DNA from: Vicugna vicugna
Lineage: Eukaryota
Direction of reading: 5' to 3'
DNA: 64,000 nucleotides
Assembly (NCBI GenBank): GCA_013265495.1
Contig: MU058252.1
Location: 1,460,244-1,524,243, forward strand
Shown: piece by piece, positions 36,626-50,146 of the stretch
Layout: every line of letters starts with the position of its first letter
Numbering within the stretch: the first letter of the stretch is position 1
Notes under the pieces: model-generated
Databases searched by the model: none
What the model was told of the DNA's origin: nothing
The model's input: the letters and a program-made list of their open reading frames with translations, nothing else
Position numbers and translations under genes: made by a program

Positions 36626-39600
36626 AGTTAGAAGGCTCAGAGTCCAAGGTGAAGGAGAAAACAGAGAAATGTCCACGGACAAGATGGAGCATAGGAAATG
36701 ACTATAAAGCGTTTTAAAAAGCAAGCATACAAATGACTAACATCCTTATCAGAAAGATTAACTTGAGAAGTTACTCCAATTTTTCACTCTTACTGACATG
36801 GCTCAAGATATTTTAGAATCCTCATCTCTTGAGAATCCCTTGTGAGACAGTATTCAAAAAAGCATTAGAATTTTATTGACATGACTCTCAGAAAAAGGTA
36901 GTATTACTCGTCTTACCAAACTGGCTGACTTTGACAATTTGCATCTGACTTTCCCCTATTATTAAAAAGTCAAATTCATTTTCAAAGAATGAAAAACATC
37001 ACTAAGAACTTTCAAAACAATGTTTTACAAAGCCAAAAGCAGGATATACTGAATACAGAGGGAGTGAAAGTAACTCCCAGAACTTGAAACTTTACAAATA
37101 ATGGAAATTAACAATTTATAGAAGTCACTTGATGGGATATATTCCAAACCTAAGCAGAAAATACCCTAAAATTTTGGCATAAACCTGACTGTTATATAAT
37201 TTAAAATGAAAAATGTCCAGATTTGAGGAATGAGTTGAAAGAAGCTAGGTATAACCAATCTGGAGTTTCAGTAGGGCAAAGGGTAGGTTAAGTCAGGGTA
37301 AAGGGAACCCAAATAAGTTCTGCTTGACATGACAGTTTGCTCCTTTCAGGGAAGATTAACACATCAGGCAAACAGAGCTCGGTTGATGGTAGCTATTAAG
37401 ACAATTCAACTGTTTCTCTTGATTCTCTAAGCAACCTCTCTGAGCCCAAATTTCCTAACTGGAAAAGAATATACAGTGGACACAACAATTCTGGTCTATT
37501 TGGCAGTTGCACTAGTGTTGTAAATTAATACATTCGGCATTTGGTTTGTAAATCAGCATCTGCTAGGTTTTATTGTCCTAACAACAGCATCTAATAACAG
37601 CTACTGTTTGTACTTGCTGCAGTATCAGTGGTTCACAACTTACATACATTATCTCTTTTGACTGTCACATTAACTCTATTTGTTATCATTCTATTTTTCA
37701 GATGAGAAAATAAGTAGATGCCAGAGTCAGGATCTAAGTGAGATCTCTCTGGCTCCCCAAGCCCAGAATTCGCCCACTTTGAGACAGAGCCTCAGTCACG
37801 TCACTGAGTCAGGCAAAATCTGAGTACCCCAATGAAACAGTTTTTGGACCTACTAAGCTAAAGATCAAACCAATGTGATGTCCTGTCTAGACAATTATCC
37901 CAACAAGGAGCCCCAAATGTTTCAACAGCAACATCAATAATGAGCAAGTATACAGTCTGCAAAAGGGATAATACTCAACAATACAGATATTCATTGGTAA
38001 ACATTTCAGGTAAGTCAACAGTATTCCAGGAACTGAGTAAGGCGCTGGGGATACACAGGTAAAACAGACACAGTAACTATCCTCAAAGAATTTACAAGGG
38101 GAGAGCCAAAAGATTTAAAAAGTACAATACAGCATTTCAGGTATTGTAACAGAAATAAATACGGGGTGCTATGAAGGCATAAAAAAGATAGTCGATGGTA
38201 ATCTGTGTGAGAGGTACCTTTAATTTTGAATGAGAGATTGAGCATACAGTTCTTTCGGGCACATACAAAATGTTCACTGATACAGAAATGCTTTTTTTCT
38301 TTCTACCTGGAATGTCCTTTACCTGTTCTCTCAAATTCCCTAAGACCTAGACTACTGAAAGAATGAAAATTCTACACATTCCTCAGGGCCACCTTCCATG
38401 AGTTATTACCTTACTTAACACAGTACCAGCCAGTCTCCCTCACCTGGATGTAAAAGCTTAAAAAGAAAAGGGTCTACCTTGGCTCACCACCAATTCCAAA
38501 ATGCTTTACATTTGGCAGAAACTTAGTAGCTGCCTGTTAAGTTGAAGGTAAACAGGACATAGGTGGGTAGAATCAGGGTTAGGATGGAGAGTAAAAAGAA
38601 CCTCAAATTATGTAGATTTTCTACATGCGTGGACAATCTATGCAAACTTCTGCTGAACAGAAGTCCATGAGTATTCTTACAGCTGTCATCAAAGTTCTTA
38701 ATGCTCACTAACAAAAGTCTGTTTTATAGGCAATCATGTACCTTCAGTGCCTGTTAAGGAAAATACATATCATGCAGATGTTTTAAAACATCATTTAATT
38801 ATGGAAAGGCTTACACTAGCGCAGGAGAGCTTAAAGATCAAATTAACCAGAAATGAATGACATTAAGGCAAACACGTGCATATAATTTGGATAAAGGCTC
38901 ATTTCCCGTGACCTTTTTTGATTAAATCTGTTTGCAGACAGTCCCCAGCAGCAAGGCTTCAAACCAGTTAAGTGTAAAAGGTGACCTAAAGAAGTAAACA
39001 TCCTAAACCCAATATTCCCACCCTGTCCTGTAACAGGCCTGGATTCCACTTACAGATTGAATACAATTCTTAGTAGTTTTACTGCATATATAGAGGAAGT
39101 TCACTTCAGGCAAACGTATGTAACTGTTTTAACAGAAAGAGAGGAGCTAGAAAGAGGGGGAAGGCAGGGAAAGCAGCTCTGTGCTAACATGCATGTGGTC
39201 CATGACAAATCCGGCCCTTATCATGATAGCCCCTTAAATTAAAGGACTAACTCTTTTTCACTTGTGAATTAGGCTCCTTCACCACTGAGGAAACTCAACT
39301 GTCTTTCAGGGCAGAGTACTAGGTCTGGCTCTTCAATTAAGCTTTTGTTTACATTACATAGAATAGACAACTGTTACTCAAATACTAAATAGTTAAATTC
39401 CATTGTTTCTAAGTACATTCCCTGAAGAGCTCCTGCTTTTATAACTAGTATTTTTTTTTAAAAAGCAACCATCCTATAAGAAGGAAAAATAGATACATAA
39501 CTGACTAAGCAGCATTAATTTCTAGCAGAATTCATAAGGATTAAATTCTAAATTTGACATCCACAAATTACTAATTTCATTAAGTGTATTCGTAAGATTT

Positions 39601-39699
39601 CACTAGAAGTTATATCAGACTGTGCTTCAAAATTTCATTTAGACTATAAGATCAACTATATGCAAGATCCCAGAGACAGTAAAGCACACAATCAAAACT

Positions 39700-39990
39700 G
39701 CAGGAGCTGGGAACCCTGCTCCCAGGTGATGAGCATTCAGCTAAAACACCTTTGTTTAGCTCACAGGAAGCATCCCTACCAGGCCCACCTGTGAATGACT
39801 GCAGGAAGGGATTAACACACCCCTCCAGAGGCTGACTGAAACCAGGAAATGTTCGCCTTTACTCCCTCACCTTTTAGTATAAAAGAAGCCTGAATTCTAA
39901 CTCAGGCAAGATGGTTCTTTAGGACATTAGTCCCCCATTTTCTCGGTCTGCTGGCTTTCCAAATAAAATCACTATTCGTTGCCGCCTTGC
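39700..39990 (+). mobile_element. ERV LTR fragment in XRCC2 intron 1 (antisense to the gene)
   Basis: TATAAAA at 39878-39884 followed by AATAAA at 39962-39967 in U3-R-U5 spacing; AAGATGGTTCTTTAGGACATTAGTC is LTR-like. Confidence 0.7.
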
Positions 39991-40639
39991 CTCCCCTATT
40001 CTCTCATCCTCTCATCCCCAGGGAAGGAGAGACTTTTTCCAATGGATTATTTTGAGAGCAGGAACTAGACACACACTTATCAGCCCCTTCCTGGGTCCTG
40101 CCAGCTTACCTGCAGGAAGAACATAATTCTACTGTTTCTAGACTTCAGTCTAGTAGGAGGGGCACTTAGAAACAAGCATCTGGCAACATAAAGGTTGATG
40201 CAAACCTTGACAAGAGCACTTTTAGTGGAAGGTGGAGCCAGAAGCCAGGTTACAGTGGGCTAAAGAGTGAATGAGATAAGGAAGTTTGGGCACAGAGCAC
40301 AAACAACTCTTTGCTCTGCTGGGGAGTAAGGGAATGGGGCTGAACGGGGATTTGATGTCTAGGGAGTTTTTTTCGGCTTATTTGGTATTTATTGTGTTAT
40401 GTTAGGATACAGATGGAAACGACTGGTAGAAAAGAAGATTGCAGATGCAGAAGACGGAGAAAAATGGTCACAGGAGTGGGAATATCTGCAGGAGCAATGT
40501 CCTTGAGGGGGAGGAATGGGGTGGATGGAATTCAAATCCCATGTGGAGAAGGTGCCCTTTCTTAGACACAGAAATATTTATTCTACTTTACAGGAGGGAA
40601 TTTAGAGAAAATCAATACATATATTATTATCAATATAGA

Positions 40640-41130
40640 CTTGGTGAAAAAGCAGGAGTTGCTATATTACTATGCAATAGAGCAGACTTCCAAGCAAAGA
40701 AAATTACTGGAGACAAAGAGGGACACTACATAACGATAAAATTCCTAGTGTCAATCCACCAGGAAGATGTATGATCCTAAATGTACATGCATCAAAGAGT
40801 CTCAAAATACATGAAGCAAAACTCAGAGCTGAAAGGACTAACAGACAAATCCACAATTACAGCTGGGGCTTCAACACCCACTTCTCAGCAAACAACAGAC
40901 TTACTAGAAGATCTGAGCAACAGTCAGCAGGATCTAATTCACATTTACAGTACATTCCATCTAACAACAGTGGAATGTACGTTTTTTCAAGTGCCCAAGG
41001 AATATTAATCAAGATATATCACATTCTGGGCCATGAAACAAACCTCAACAAATTTAAAAGAACTGAAATCACACAAAGTATGTTTGACTATAATAGAAAC
41101 AAACTAGAAATCAGCAACAGACAATAGGAA
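40640..41130 (+). mobile_element. L1 ORF2 endonuclease-domain remnant
   Basis: KAGVAILL...KKITGDKEGHYITIK...SIHQED; ILGHETNLNKFKRTEI. Confidence 0.88.
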
Positions 41131-41204
41131 AAAATAAGGGAGTTTCTGTGAATTTTTTCATCAATGACACATGAGGCAGTGCAGAAAGAAGAGGAGGAAG
41201 GCAT

Positions 41205-42400
41205 GAAATATATCCATTTAACAATGATTGGTGCCCATTGTGGGCTACATGTTGTTCTAAACACTGAGACTTAAAGGAGTAAACCCAACAGAGAACAAAA
41301 TCTGCAACCACGATCCTTAAATGGCAGGCGTTGGGGGTGGGGAGGAAGACAAAAATGTAAGATGTCAGGCATGATAAGTGTTAAGAAGAATAAACAGAGG
41401 TTCCTTTAGGAATAAAGATTAACAGTAGGAAGGACCTCCTTATACTGGATGGAAAAGCTTCTTCTCTAAGTTGGCATGTGAGCAGAAACTTGATGCCAAT
41501 GAGGAAGTGAGCCTTGTCAACTTCTGAGGGAACAGCAATCTAGGCAGAGTGAACAGAAACTGCAAAGGCTCAGAGGCTGATGCCTGTCTGGCACATTCAA
41601 GGACCAGCAGGGACAAGAGTGAAGGCAGTGAGGGAAGAGCAGTGAGAGAGAGTGGTAGATGAGATCAGGAAGGCAGAAGAGATCAGAGGTCATGGGAGGG
41701 GCTGAAGGGCAAACCACACAATTTGCAAGTCACATGTCACTGTAGGAAACAGGATTCTGGATCTTACCGCAAATGATACATGAGCCTCTGGAAAGCTCGG
41801 AGCAGTAGAGTCTGTTTATGTTTTGAGTGAATCACCCTGGATACTACGTGGACTACACATTAGAATAAGTGTGGACAGGGCAGAGCAGAGACCAGTCGGG
41901 GGTTGCTGCAATCAAGTGGGTGATGGTTATTAGGAATAGGAATGGCTGCAGTGAAGACAGTGAGAGTGGTCAAACCCAGGATACACACTGCAGGTTAGAA
42001 GACAGATTTGCTAATGACTGTGGGCTGGTAAGGGAGGAAAAAAGAGGACTCAAGAATGACTTGAAGGTTTTTGCCTTGAGCAACAGGTAGAACAAATTCA
42101 CCACTTAACAAGACAGGGAAGACTTGGGAGGAAGCAGGTTGAGGTGTGGGTGTACATGTGTGGCGGCAAATCAAGACTTCAATTTGGAGCATATTAAAGT
42201 TTTTTCTCTGAATCCAGGATTCAATCGTGATGAGCATGTTAACTGCGGGACGCCTACTGGACATCCGTGTGGATATGTCAAGAAGATAATAGAACAGATG
42301 TGTCTGAAAACCAGGAATAAGGCTGGACTTGATGACAGATGTTTTGCAGTGAGAAAGTGAATTAATTACTGGAAAAGCATAGGTGGACTGGGAGTCCACT
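41205..42400 (-). mobile_element. LINE-2 remnant
   Basis: Purine-rich plus strand typical of antisense L2 (GCAAAGGCTCAGAGG...GAATGACTTGAAGGTTTTTGCCTTGAGCAAC). Confidence 0.75.
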
Positions 42401-44114
42401 TGAGATTGATGGTTATAAATTTAAAATGAAATCAGTCAGCCTAGTTGTGATTTTCTTTAGCAATATTCAGCTGAGTGGGCAGAGACACTCAGTGAAAGTC
42501 GACAGCTGGGTTTAATGGTTAGGAAAGTAGGTTAGGATGTGGAGACAAGGAATTTGAAGGTATTCACAATGGCAACGAAGGAGCACTTGTTCTATTCTGG
42601 GTAAGAAAAGCAAAGAGAGAAGGGGACATACATTGTTCTAAGTCTATGACACAAAACTGAAATATTATTTAATAAATATTAAATTTGTCTTATTGAATAT
42701 TTGCTTCTGGCAAAAAGGTCACCCTGTACCTTTTCTAGGAAAAGAAAATCAGTCATTGTTAATAAATATTTATCAGCTGTTTCCTATGCAGGGAACAGTG
42801 TGCTTAGTGAAAGGATACAAAGAAATATTAAGAACCCACCTTCCAGAAGTATAGCTGAGAGGGAACTGAGAGGTCATAATCGACCACTCCCATTTTACAA
42901 AGGTAGAAGTCAAGTTTTATTAACTTAACCAAAATCACCAAGCTTGTTCCGGACAGAGCCAAGACCAGAACTTCCAGCCCAGCACTATCCATCTCAGCCT
43001 CCAAAATGACACCAGAAAATTTCCGGGAAAATGTACAAAAATTCGCCTTGGGAAATGATCACTGGGGTGGAGAAGTTTTCTACTTTTCACTTCAGTGCTG
43101 CTGGAATTTTCTGCCATAAGCACGCACTACTCTAATAATATAACAGAACTGTTACAGTGAAGTTAATTAAGGAAAAAAGAAGCAGTATGCGCATGACAAC
43201 CAAAATTGGACACTTTAAATTTTTTATCCACTGATTATCTTTAAACTCAAGGCACGTTTGCATTTTCGAGAAAATGTAAAGCACACCACTACTTAACAAC
43301 CATGTGCAAATGATGCCATTTGGTGGATGACACCAGTATACTGCCAAGATCACCGTGAAGGTCTGCTGATAACTCTCAGCGGAATATACAAGCAAAAATG
43401 CCATTGCTCCTGGGCGGAAGTAAGGGGAAGAACAGATTACTCTGTCACACACTGCATTCAAATGTGAGTTTCGTATAGTCAGAGGCTCCTTATATAACCT
43501 TTCCACTTGCTATCTGGGCCACCATAAAATGCATCCCTAGAATCTGTTAAACAAAAATATTCTTTGCAACTTTGTTTTCTTGTATGAAATGTCTTTTCCC
43601 TAATATTCACAAGATGTGGGAAAAGTCAGCTGCTTTATAGGGTGGTTATTCTAGTGAATTAAGACTTTTAAGTAGCTTATTTCAGTTTCTTGGGATAGCT
43701 TATGACCTCAGATATCTTCCTCAATGCAATGCCTCCAACATTACGTAGACGAATGTGCACAGAAAGAAAACACAACCTGAACAAATAAAGCAACGGCCAC
43801 ACGGTGCCCAGCGCCTATGGGAAAAGAGACCTGCTTAGTTGGTTTTGTTGACAAAAAGGAAAAAGAATAAAGGAGCACCAATCGCCCAGCTGACTATTCT
43901 CCTCTCCACCCCACCCGACTCCAAAGTAGTAAGAGTGAAACAACCCTGCTGAGGGTCCCCAGACAGCCTAGGCCGGACAGCGATATGACACTGAATTCTT
44001 CGTTCAGTGAATGACTCCTTTTTTTGGGATGCTAGGCATGTTCTGACTCCAGAAGTCACTGAATTTAACCTGGCTTTCAAATTATCATTTAAATAAGAAA
44101 GGCTGAAACAACTA

Positions 44115-44305
44115 AGTCCTACTGTACAGCACAGGGAACAATATTCAGTATCTTGTAATAGCCTATAACGAAAAGTAGGAAGAGGAATATACATTTACTT
44201 ATGCATACCTGAATCACTATGTTGTACACCAGAAACTAACACAATACTGTAAACTGATTATACTTCAATGAAAACGATAAATATGATTTTAAAAATAAAT
44301 AAATA
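44115..44305 (+). mobile_element. Short L1 3'-end insertion
   Basis: CTACTGTACAGCACAGGGAAC...TGAATCACTATGTTGTACACCAGAAACTAACAC and A-rich tail. Confidence 0.85.
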
Positions 44306-44359
44306 AGGTTATAACTCTTTGCAGTTCTTACATCAAAAACTGCCTCTCTTCTTAAGGGT

Positions 44360-44705
44360 CAAGGGTTGGTGAACTATGGCCAGGAGGCCAAATCCTCCAG
44401 GTTAAAAAAGTAAAGGTTTGGGGGGAGGATATAGCTCAGTGGTAGTGCATGCTCAAGGTCTTGGGTTCAATCTCCAGTCCCTCCACTAAACAAACAAGTA
44501 AGTAAACCTAATTACCTCCCCCATCGCCCCCCCAAAACAAAACCGAAAATACATAAAAAATAAGTTTTATTGGAACTCAGCTGTGCTCACTGGTTTCCAC
44601 ATCTACCGCCGCCTTCACATTAGAGCTGAGTGGTTGTAACAGAGACGCAACCGCCGGCAAAGCCCAAATGTTGACCACCTGGCCCTCCCCAGGGAAAGCT
44701 TGCAG
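44360..44705. mobile_element. MER58-like hAT element split by a SINE
   Basis: AGGGTTGGTGAACTATGGCC...GTTTTATTGGAACTCAGC...GGTTGTAACAGAGAC. Confidence 0.75.
44420..44560 (+). mobile_element. Vic-1-like SINE inserted in a MER58-like element
   Basis: TAGCTCAGTGG / GGTTCAATC boxes and CCTAATTACC tail. Confidence 0.88.
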
Positions 44706-45449
44706 GCTCATTTTACTGAGTGTTGATTCCTCTCCCTCACCTGCTCAAAGGCTCCTTCACAACCCACCTCTACCTATTTCTCAGGACTTACTTCCCAACA
44801 CTGTTTTCCCTCGTTAGCTTTGTTTCAACCACAGAGAACTACTCGCAGTTCCCCTAAATCGGCCTGCTCCTGCTGAACACAGAACCTACATCCTTGCAAC
44901 TCCCTGCCCCGAACGTCACCCTCCCCTCGCCAAGCTAACCTCAACAGGTCCCTAAAACTTCAGCTGTCATCTCCTCCTCCCAGGCAGTCTTCCAGGATGC
45001 CCGCCCCTCTGCTGCCAGCATGACTGAGCACCCGCGCGGTAACTTGTAGTCAGCCTCCCCTACCAGCTCTGCGACAGCAGTTCTTTCTTTCGTTTCTTAC
45101 TCTTGTTCCTAACCAGCGGCTGACACCGTTAAGTGCTTGATACTTGCTGGTTCAATTTCTGAATAAATTCTTGCAGGCATCAAATGGCTTGTGTAGCACT
45201 GGATATTTAGGCTGGAAATGTAAACTGCGATGGCGAGGGCTTGATGCCGTAAGCCAGGACCAAAACATGAGAGGAGGAGGTGAAGCAGCCTACTCAAACA
45301 CCGCTGCTCTGGAAAAGTCAAGGAACGAACCACCTGGCGGGACTGCTTTTCCCAGCTTCTCCTGCACAGCTAACCATGTCTGACTGTGGCCAACGTGGGG
45401 CAGGTCTGAAGCATCATCCCAGCGAGCAGAGAGCTCGCATTTCACACCC

Positions 45450-45960
45450 TTCAGTGCACCCCGTGAGCTCTCGTACCCCCGGAGTGGAGTTCTCCGTCTG
45501 CGCCCCGAGCGTGCGCGTTGGGCCGCGCGTCTCGGAGGACCCCCGGGTGCCGGGGGCGGCTCCGGGGGACACCGGTTTGCGGGGCGAGGTTCCGGGCGGC
45601 CTGCGTCTGGGCCCCGCGCGCCTCCCCCACGCCGGGGCGCCCCCGGCCTCCCCGCGCCCTCGCCCGCCCGCCGCCCTGTTCTGGTCTCCCTGACTCCCAC
45701 CCCGGCGGCTCTCACCTCCGTCCCAGACTCAGCCCTCTGGAAGTCACTACACATAGCCCTGAAGGCTCGGCGCGCCAGTCACTCAACCTTCCCGCCCGCA
45801 GCGCCATTTACCGGGCGGCGTCGGCTCCACAGCCAGTCAGAGGCGCCGACCCGCTGACCCTGGCGCGAGCACGCGCACTGCGCCCGCCGTCGGAGGCATG
45901 CGCACTAGGTTGGGCCCGCCCCGCTCTGCTGACGTCACGCCCCGTCTCCCAGGAGACGGG
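45450..45960 (-). promoter_or_regulatory. CpG-island promoter of XRCC2
   Basis: Dense CpG/GC tract over exon 1; full CRE TGACGTCA at 45930-45937, GC boxes (CCCGCCCC near 45915), NRF1-like GCATGCGCA at 45896-45904, YY1-like CGCCATTT at 45802-45809; no obvious TATA box. Confidence 0.9.
45716..45754 (-). CDS. XRCC2: XRCC2 coding exon 1 (MCSDFQRAESGTE)
   Basis: ATG at 45754-45752 inside the CpG island; 13 codons match the XRCC2 N-terminus (human MCSAFHRAESGTE); followed by the donor GAG|GTGAG, phase 0. Confidence 0.97.
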
Positions 45961-46519
45961 AGACAGCTGGTGATTTTATTTTCGCCTCTCTCTCAATTTG
46001 TTTGTATTAGGTAAAACTAGCAGCATGTACTTTAAAAAAAGAAGTATTAACAGAACATTTACTGAGCAAGCGGGCCTCTTTGTTCACTCTTGGGTTAAAA
46101 GCCTTTGGCTGTGCGTGTGAGTCATGGTGACTTCTGAAAAAAGAAACGAGTACACTCAATTTAAACGAACTTATCGAGCAGATTTATCAAGTTCTTTCTG
46201 GAGGTAGAAGAATTCTATTACTGTTTGTTACCGGATGTCTATCCATTAAGATAGATATTAGGTGGATAGTTGATGAATATTGAGTTATTGCAATATTTGA
46301 GACCTTGTGCCAGGTTCTGGGAACAGAACAAAGAGTAAGAGACATGCCTGAATGGAGTTACAGCCTATTAAGTCACTTACTGGGATGTGTTTTTTAAAAA
46401 CTTTACTTTCCAGCAGATGTATCTGTTGTTTAGTTGGGCAAAACTGAGGTGGGCTCTCTTTTTGGTCTCTTTTTCTTATCCTTACACTTGCATCTATGTA
46501 AGTAAGAAATAATTATAAT

Positions 46520-46670
46520 ATTTGTAATGATGGTTAACACCTGTAGTGCTTAGTATGTGCCAGGCACTGTCCTCAGGGCTTTGTATGAAATAACCCATTT
46601 AATCCTCATAGTTCTATGAGGTAGGTATTGTTATTATCCCCATTTTATAGGTGAGGAAACTGAGGCGCAA
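46520..46670. mobile_element. MIR SINE
   Basis: Core ATTATCCCCATTTTATAGGTGAGGAAACTGAGGC. Confidence 0.85.
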
Positions 46671-47856
46671 TTTTGGCCCACATTACTGTGCTGTAATGAT
46701 TGTAGTGGGTCAACACATTAATGAAAAATAGGAAGCAAAGACCCTGAATACAGACAGTTCTTCAAAGAAACTTGGCTATGAAGGAAGAAAGTAATATAAT
46801 ACATAGAAAAAATATACAGGATCAAGGAAGAGTCTTTAACAAGAGAAGGCAAAGCCTAGGGCATGTTTAAATGCTGGTAGGAAAGAGCAGGTGGAGACTT
46901 AATGGTTAAAGACACCATCTGAGAAAGGTTACTTGATGGAGTTGGACCTGAGGAGGAAGAAGAGTGGAGGTATAAGAAGCAGCTTTAGATGGGGGAGGGC
47001 ATCTCGTCCAGAGACAAGGAGTCAAGAGTGGGTGTAGATGCAGACACGGTTTTGGGTAGGGAGCTCAAAGAGTTTGAGAAGTTTGAGCCTGAGGGCTTAT
47101 GTTTCTTCTTTGAAGTGCTTACGCAAGGTAGTAGAAATCCAAGTTGAATTCCTCTTGTGAAAATTAAAAGAGCACCCACATCAAGTACCCAAACACATAT
47201 TACCCACCTTGGTCCATTCGAGTACACAGAGCAGTGGGTGATGGACCCAAGTACCACACCACCACAGAGTATGGACATTTTCCTGTAGCACTTGTTGTCT
47301 GTAACCACATTTCATATTCCGCATATAGTGGTACTATTCTTTTTTTGCACAGAGCTCTTCTCCCAGAGTTACAATGTTCTTGAATTCCAAGGTGAATTTT
47401 CTAACTCAGGTGGGTTTTGATGTCAGATACACCTAGAATTTTAAACCTGGTTCAGTCACTTATTACCACGATATGGATAACTTACCCCTCTGGACCATAG
47501 TTAGTACAGTGCTGTGATGACTGAGTGAAATGATGTTCTTAAAACAGGTAGCCCAGGACCTGGTACAAAATATGGATTCCCTTCCTACCTTCCTGGCTTT
47601 CTTAGATCATCATTTAACAAAGCACCAAAGATACAATAAGCACTCAGTAGATCTCTCTTGTTCACCATGATGACATTGATAGGGGCAGATAAAGATACGG
47701 GCCTGCCTGGCAGTTGTTCAGGGTGGTAGAGTCCTAAAACTAGTACTAAAATGCCACAGCAACATGAGATGGAAAAACTATTTCTGTTTCAACTCTTTCC
47801 AAAGAGAAGAACACTGTATGTTGTTAGGAGGAAAAGGCACTTGGAAAGAGGGTGAA

Positions 47857-48195
47857 AGATATCACTTACATATGGAATCTAAAAACATGACACAAACGAA
47901 CTTATTTACAAAACAGAAACAGACTCACAGACATAGAAAACAAACTTATGGTTACCAGAGGGCAAGGGGGATGGAGGGATAAATTGGGAGTTTGGGATTT
48001 ACAGAGACTAACTGCTATATATAAAATAGATAAACAACAAGGTACTACAGCACAGCACAGGGAACTTTATTCAATCTCTTGTAATAGCCTATAATGAAAA
48101 AGAATATGAAAAAGAATATATATGCATAACTGAATCACTAAGCTGTACACCAAAAATTAATGCAATGTTGTAAACTGACTATAATTTAAAAATAT
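47857..48195 (+). mobile_element. L1 3'-end insertion
   Basis: GATATCACTTACATATGGAATCTAAAAA...CAGACTCACAGACATAGAAAACAAACTTATGGTTACC. Confidence 0.9.
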
Positions 48196-48200
48196 ATATA

Positions 48201-48204
<4 letters not shown>

Positions 48205-48241
<37 letters not shown>
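48205..48241. repeat. (AT)n microsatellite at the L1 tail
   Basis: About 18 perfect AT units. Confidence 0.95.
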
Positions 48242-48244
<3 letters not shown>

Positions 48245-49589
48245 ACAAAGAAAGAGGATGAAAGAGACACCAGAAAAGACATGCCTGAGCAACAACAGTT
48301 ACCATGTGCAGGGTTAGAGGACTGTGATAGAAGGTACAGTGAACAAACTGGTGCATTCCCGCCACCGGTGTTCACCTACCCTGCCTTCCCCCCGTCTGCT
48401 CCCACACATGGAAGCAGGATGCTGAATCTCTAAAAATAGACAAATGTTTTTAATGTGTCAAATTATCTTATTTGCTCCCCTACCCAAGTCTGTAAATCTT
48501 AATCCAGTTATGATGGCATCGATGAAGATGATACGTCAGCTGTAACCCCTTTTGTACTGGGGTCCTGCATTTCCTCTCTTAGAAAAGTAAAGTCTATTTT
48601 TTTTTTAATTCTGCAAGATGTCAAAGTCATTGTACAGTGACCAAAGCACAGCCCTGCGTACTGCCTGTTATAAAAGATTTGGATTCCCTAAACTGAAGAT
48701 TGCTCCTGTAATGCAACCCACTCCACGTGCAGGTGTTTCCTTCCCCTTTTCCCATGGCTCTGTGGCTCCTGGGGCTCTGAAAGGCAGTGCAAGGAAATGT
48801 TGATATTCTGGCTGCTGCTATTGCTATGAGTAACAAAAATCTTTTGTTTCCGACTTGGACTTTTGTGTGGTCTGTCACCATTCATGAAATTGTGGTAGGC
48901 TGACTTGTTAGCTTGCATGAAGAGCAAAACCCCAGGCTCTTTATAGTTCTTGACAACCCACACCAAACAGTCCATAACAGGATAAATGAAAGGTTTTGAG
49001 TGAACAAAGCAGAAGCTCAGAGAAGCAGGAATATAATTGTAATTGAGGAAGGCAGGAAGAGTATTTAAAAATGGTGGCCCAGGGCAGCCAATATAGGCGA
49101 GCATGCCTTTCCTTCTGACTTTAAGACCTTTCATGCCTTGTTAGACTTTCTTGACAAAGTTTTGGGTCTAACTTTTAAACTACAAATTTAGACCTGGAAT
49201 GTTAATGCCCCCTTTAAGTTCAAAGAGGCTAGAATCTGGACCTAGTAGCTTTGGCCATTCGTATCAAGATGACGAACTATTTCCTGGAATGAAAAGCTTT
49301 ATGAAAAGATATATATATTTATTTTTTCACTCATCTCTTCTTTAAAAAACCTAGGGAATGTCATGTATTTGCAAAATATTCTTGTAGGTAACACTGAAGT
49401 TGCTCATTGTATAAATTAGAATGTTTTTGGTTGCCAGTCACAGAGCACCCAGCTCTTATTGATTTAAATAATAAATGGGATTTATTGGGTCATGCAGATG
49501 GAAGTGCAGAGGTGAGACAGGCTTCAAGGTTAGTTTATTGAGAGGCTCAATTAGGCAAACACATACCTATTTTCTTTATTTATTAAAAA

Positions 49590-49620
49590 ATTTTTTTTGG
49601 TGGGGGAGGCAATTAGGTAT

Positions 49621-49663
<43 letters not shown>

Positions 49664-49740
49664 TTGAATGGTGCTGGGGATGAAACCCAGGACCTCCTGC
49701 ATGCTAAGAACGCATTCTACCACTGAGCTATACCTTCCCC
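49590..49740 (-). mobile_element. Vic-1-like SINE with (TTTA)n microsatellite
   Basis: Reverse SINE consensus; (TTTA)n at about 49619-49665. Confidence 0.9.
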
Positions 49741-49856
49741 ACCTAATTTCTTTTTTCTCTTGCCCGATTTACGTTTTCTACCTTGGTCCTCATAGTGTGG
49801 TATGTTCACACCTAGAACATTTACAGAATCAGGGAATCAGGTTGAGTTGGTTAAGA

Positions 49857-50146
49857 AATAGACTCTCAGACATAGAAAACAAACTATGGTTACCAAAGGG
49901 GGAAGGGCAGGGAGGGGTAAATTAGGAGCTGGGGATTATCAGATACACCTACTATATATATAAAATAGGTAAACAACAAGGACGTACTGTAGAGCACAGG
50001 AACTGTATTCAGTTTCTTATAATAAACTATAATGGAAAAGAATCTGAAAAAAAATATACATATGTATAACTGAATCGCTTTGCTGTGCACCTGACACTAA
50101 CACTGTACATCAGCTACATTTCAATACAAAATAAATTTTAAAAAAA
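49857..50146 (+). mobile_element. L1 3'-end insertion
   Basis: GACTCTCAGACATAGAAAACAAACTATGGTTACCAAAGGGG...A tail. Confidence 0.9.

Noticed and set aside
45280..45973. Overlapping 137-154 aa ORFs in the CpG island
   Set aside because: GC-rich, stop-poor sequence giving low-complexity P/R/G/A peptides; only the first 13 codons of 45290..45754 are real.
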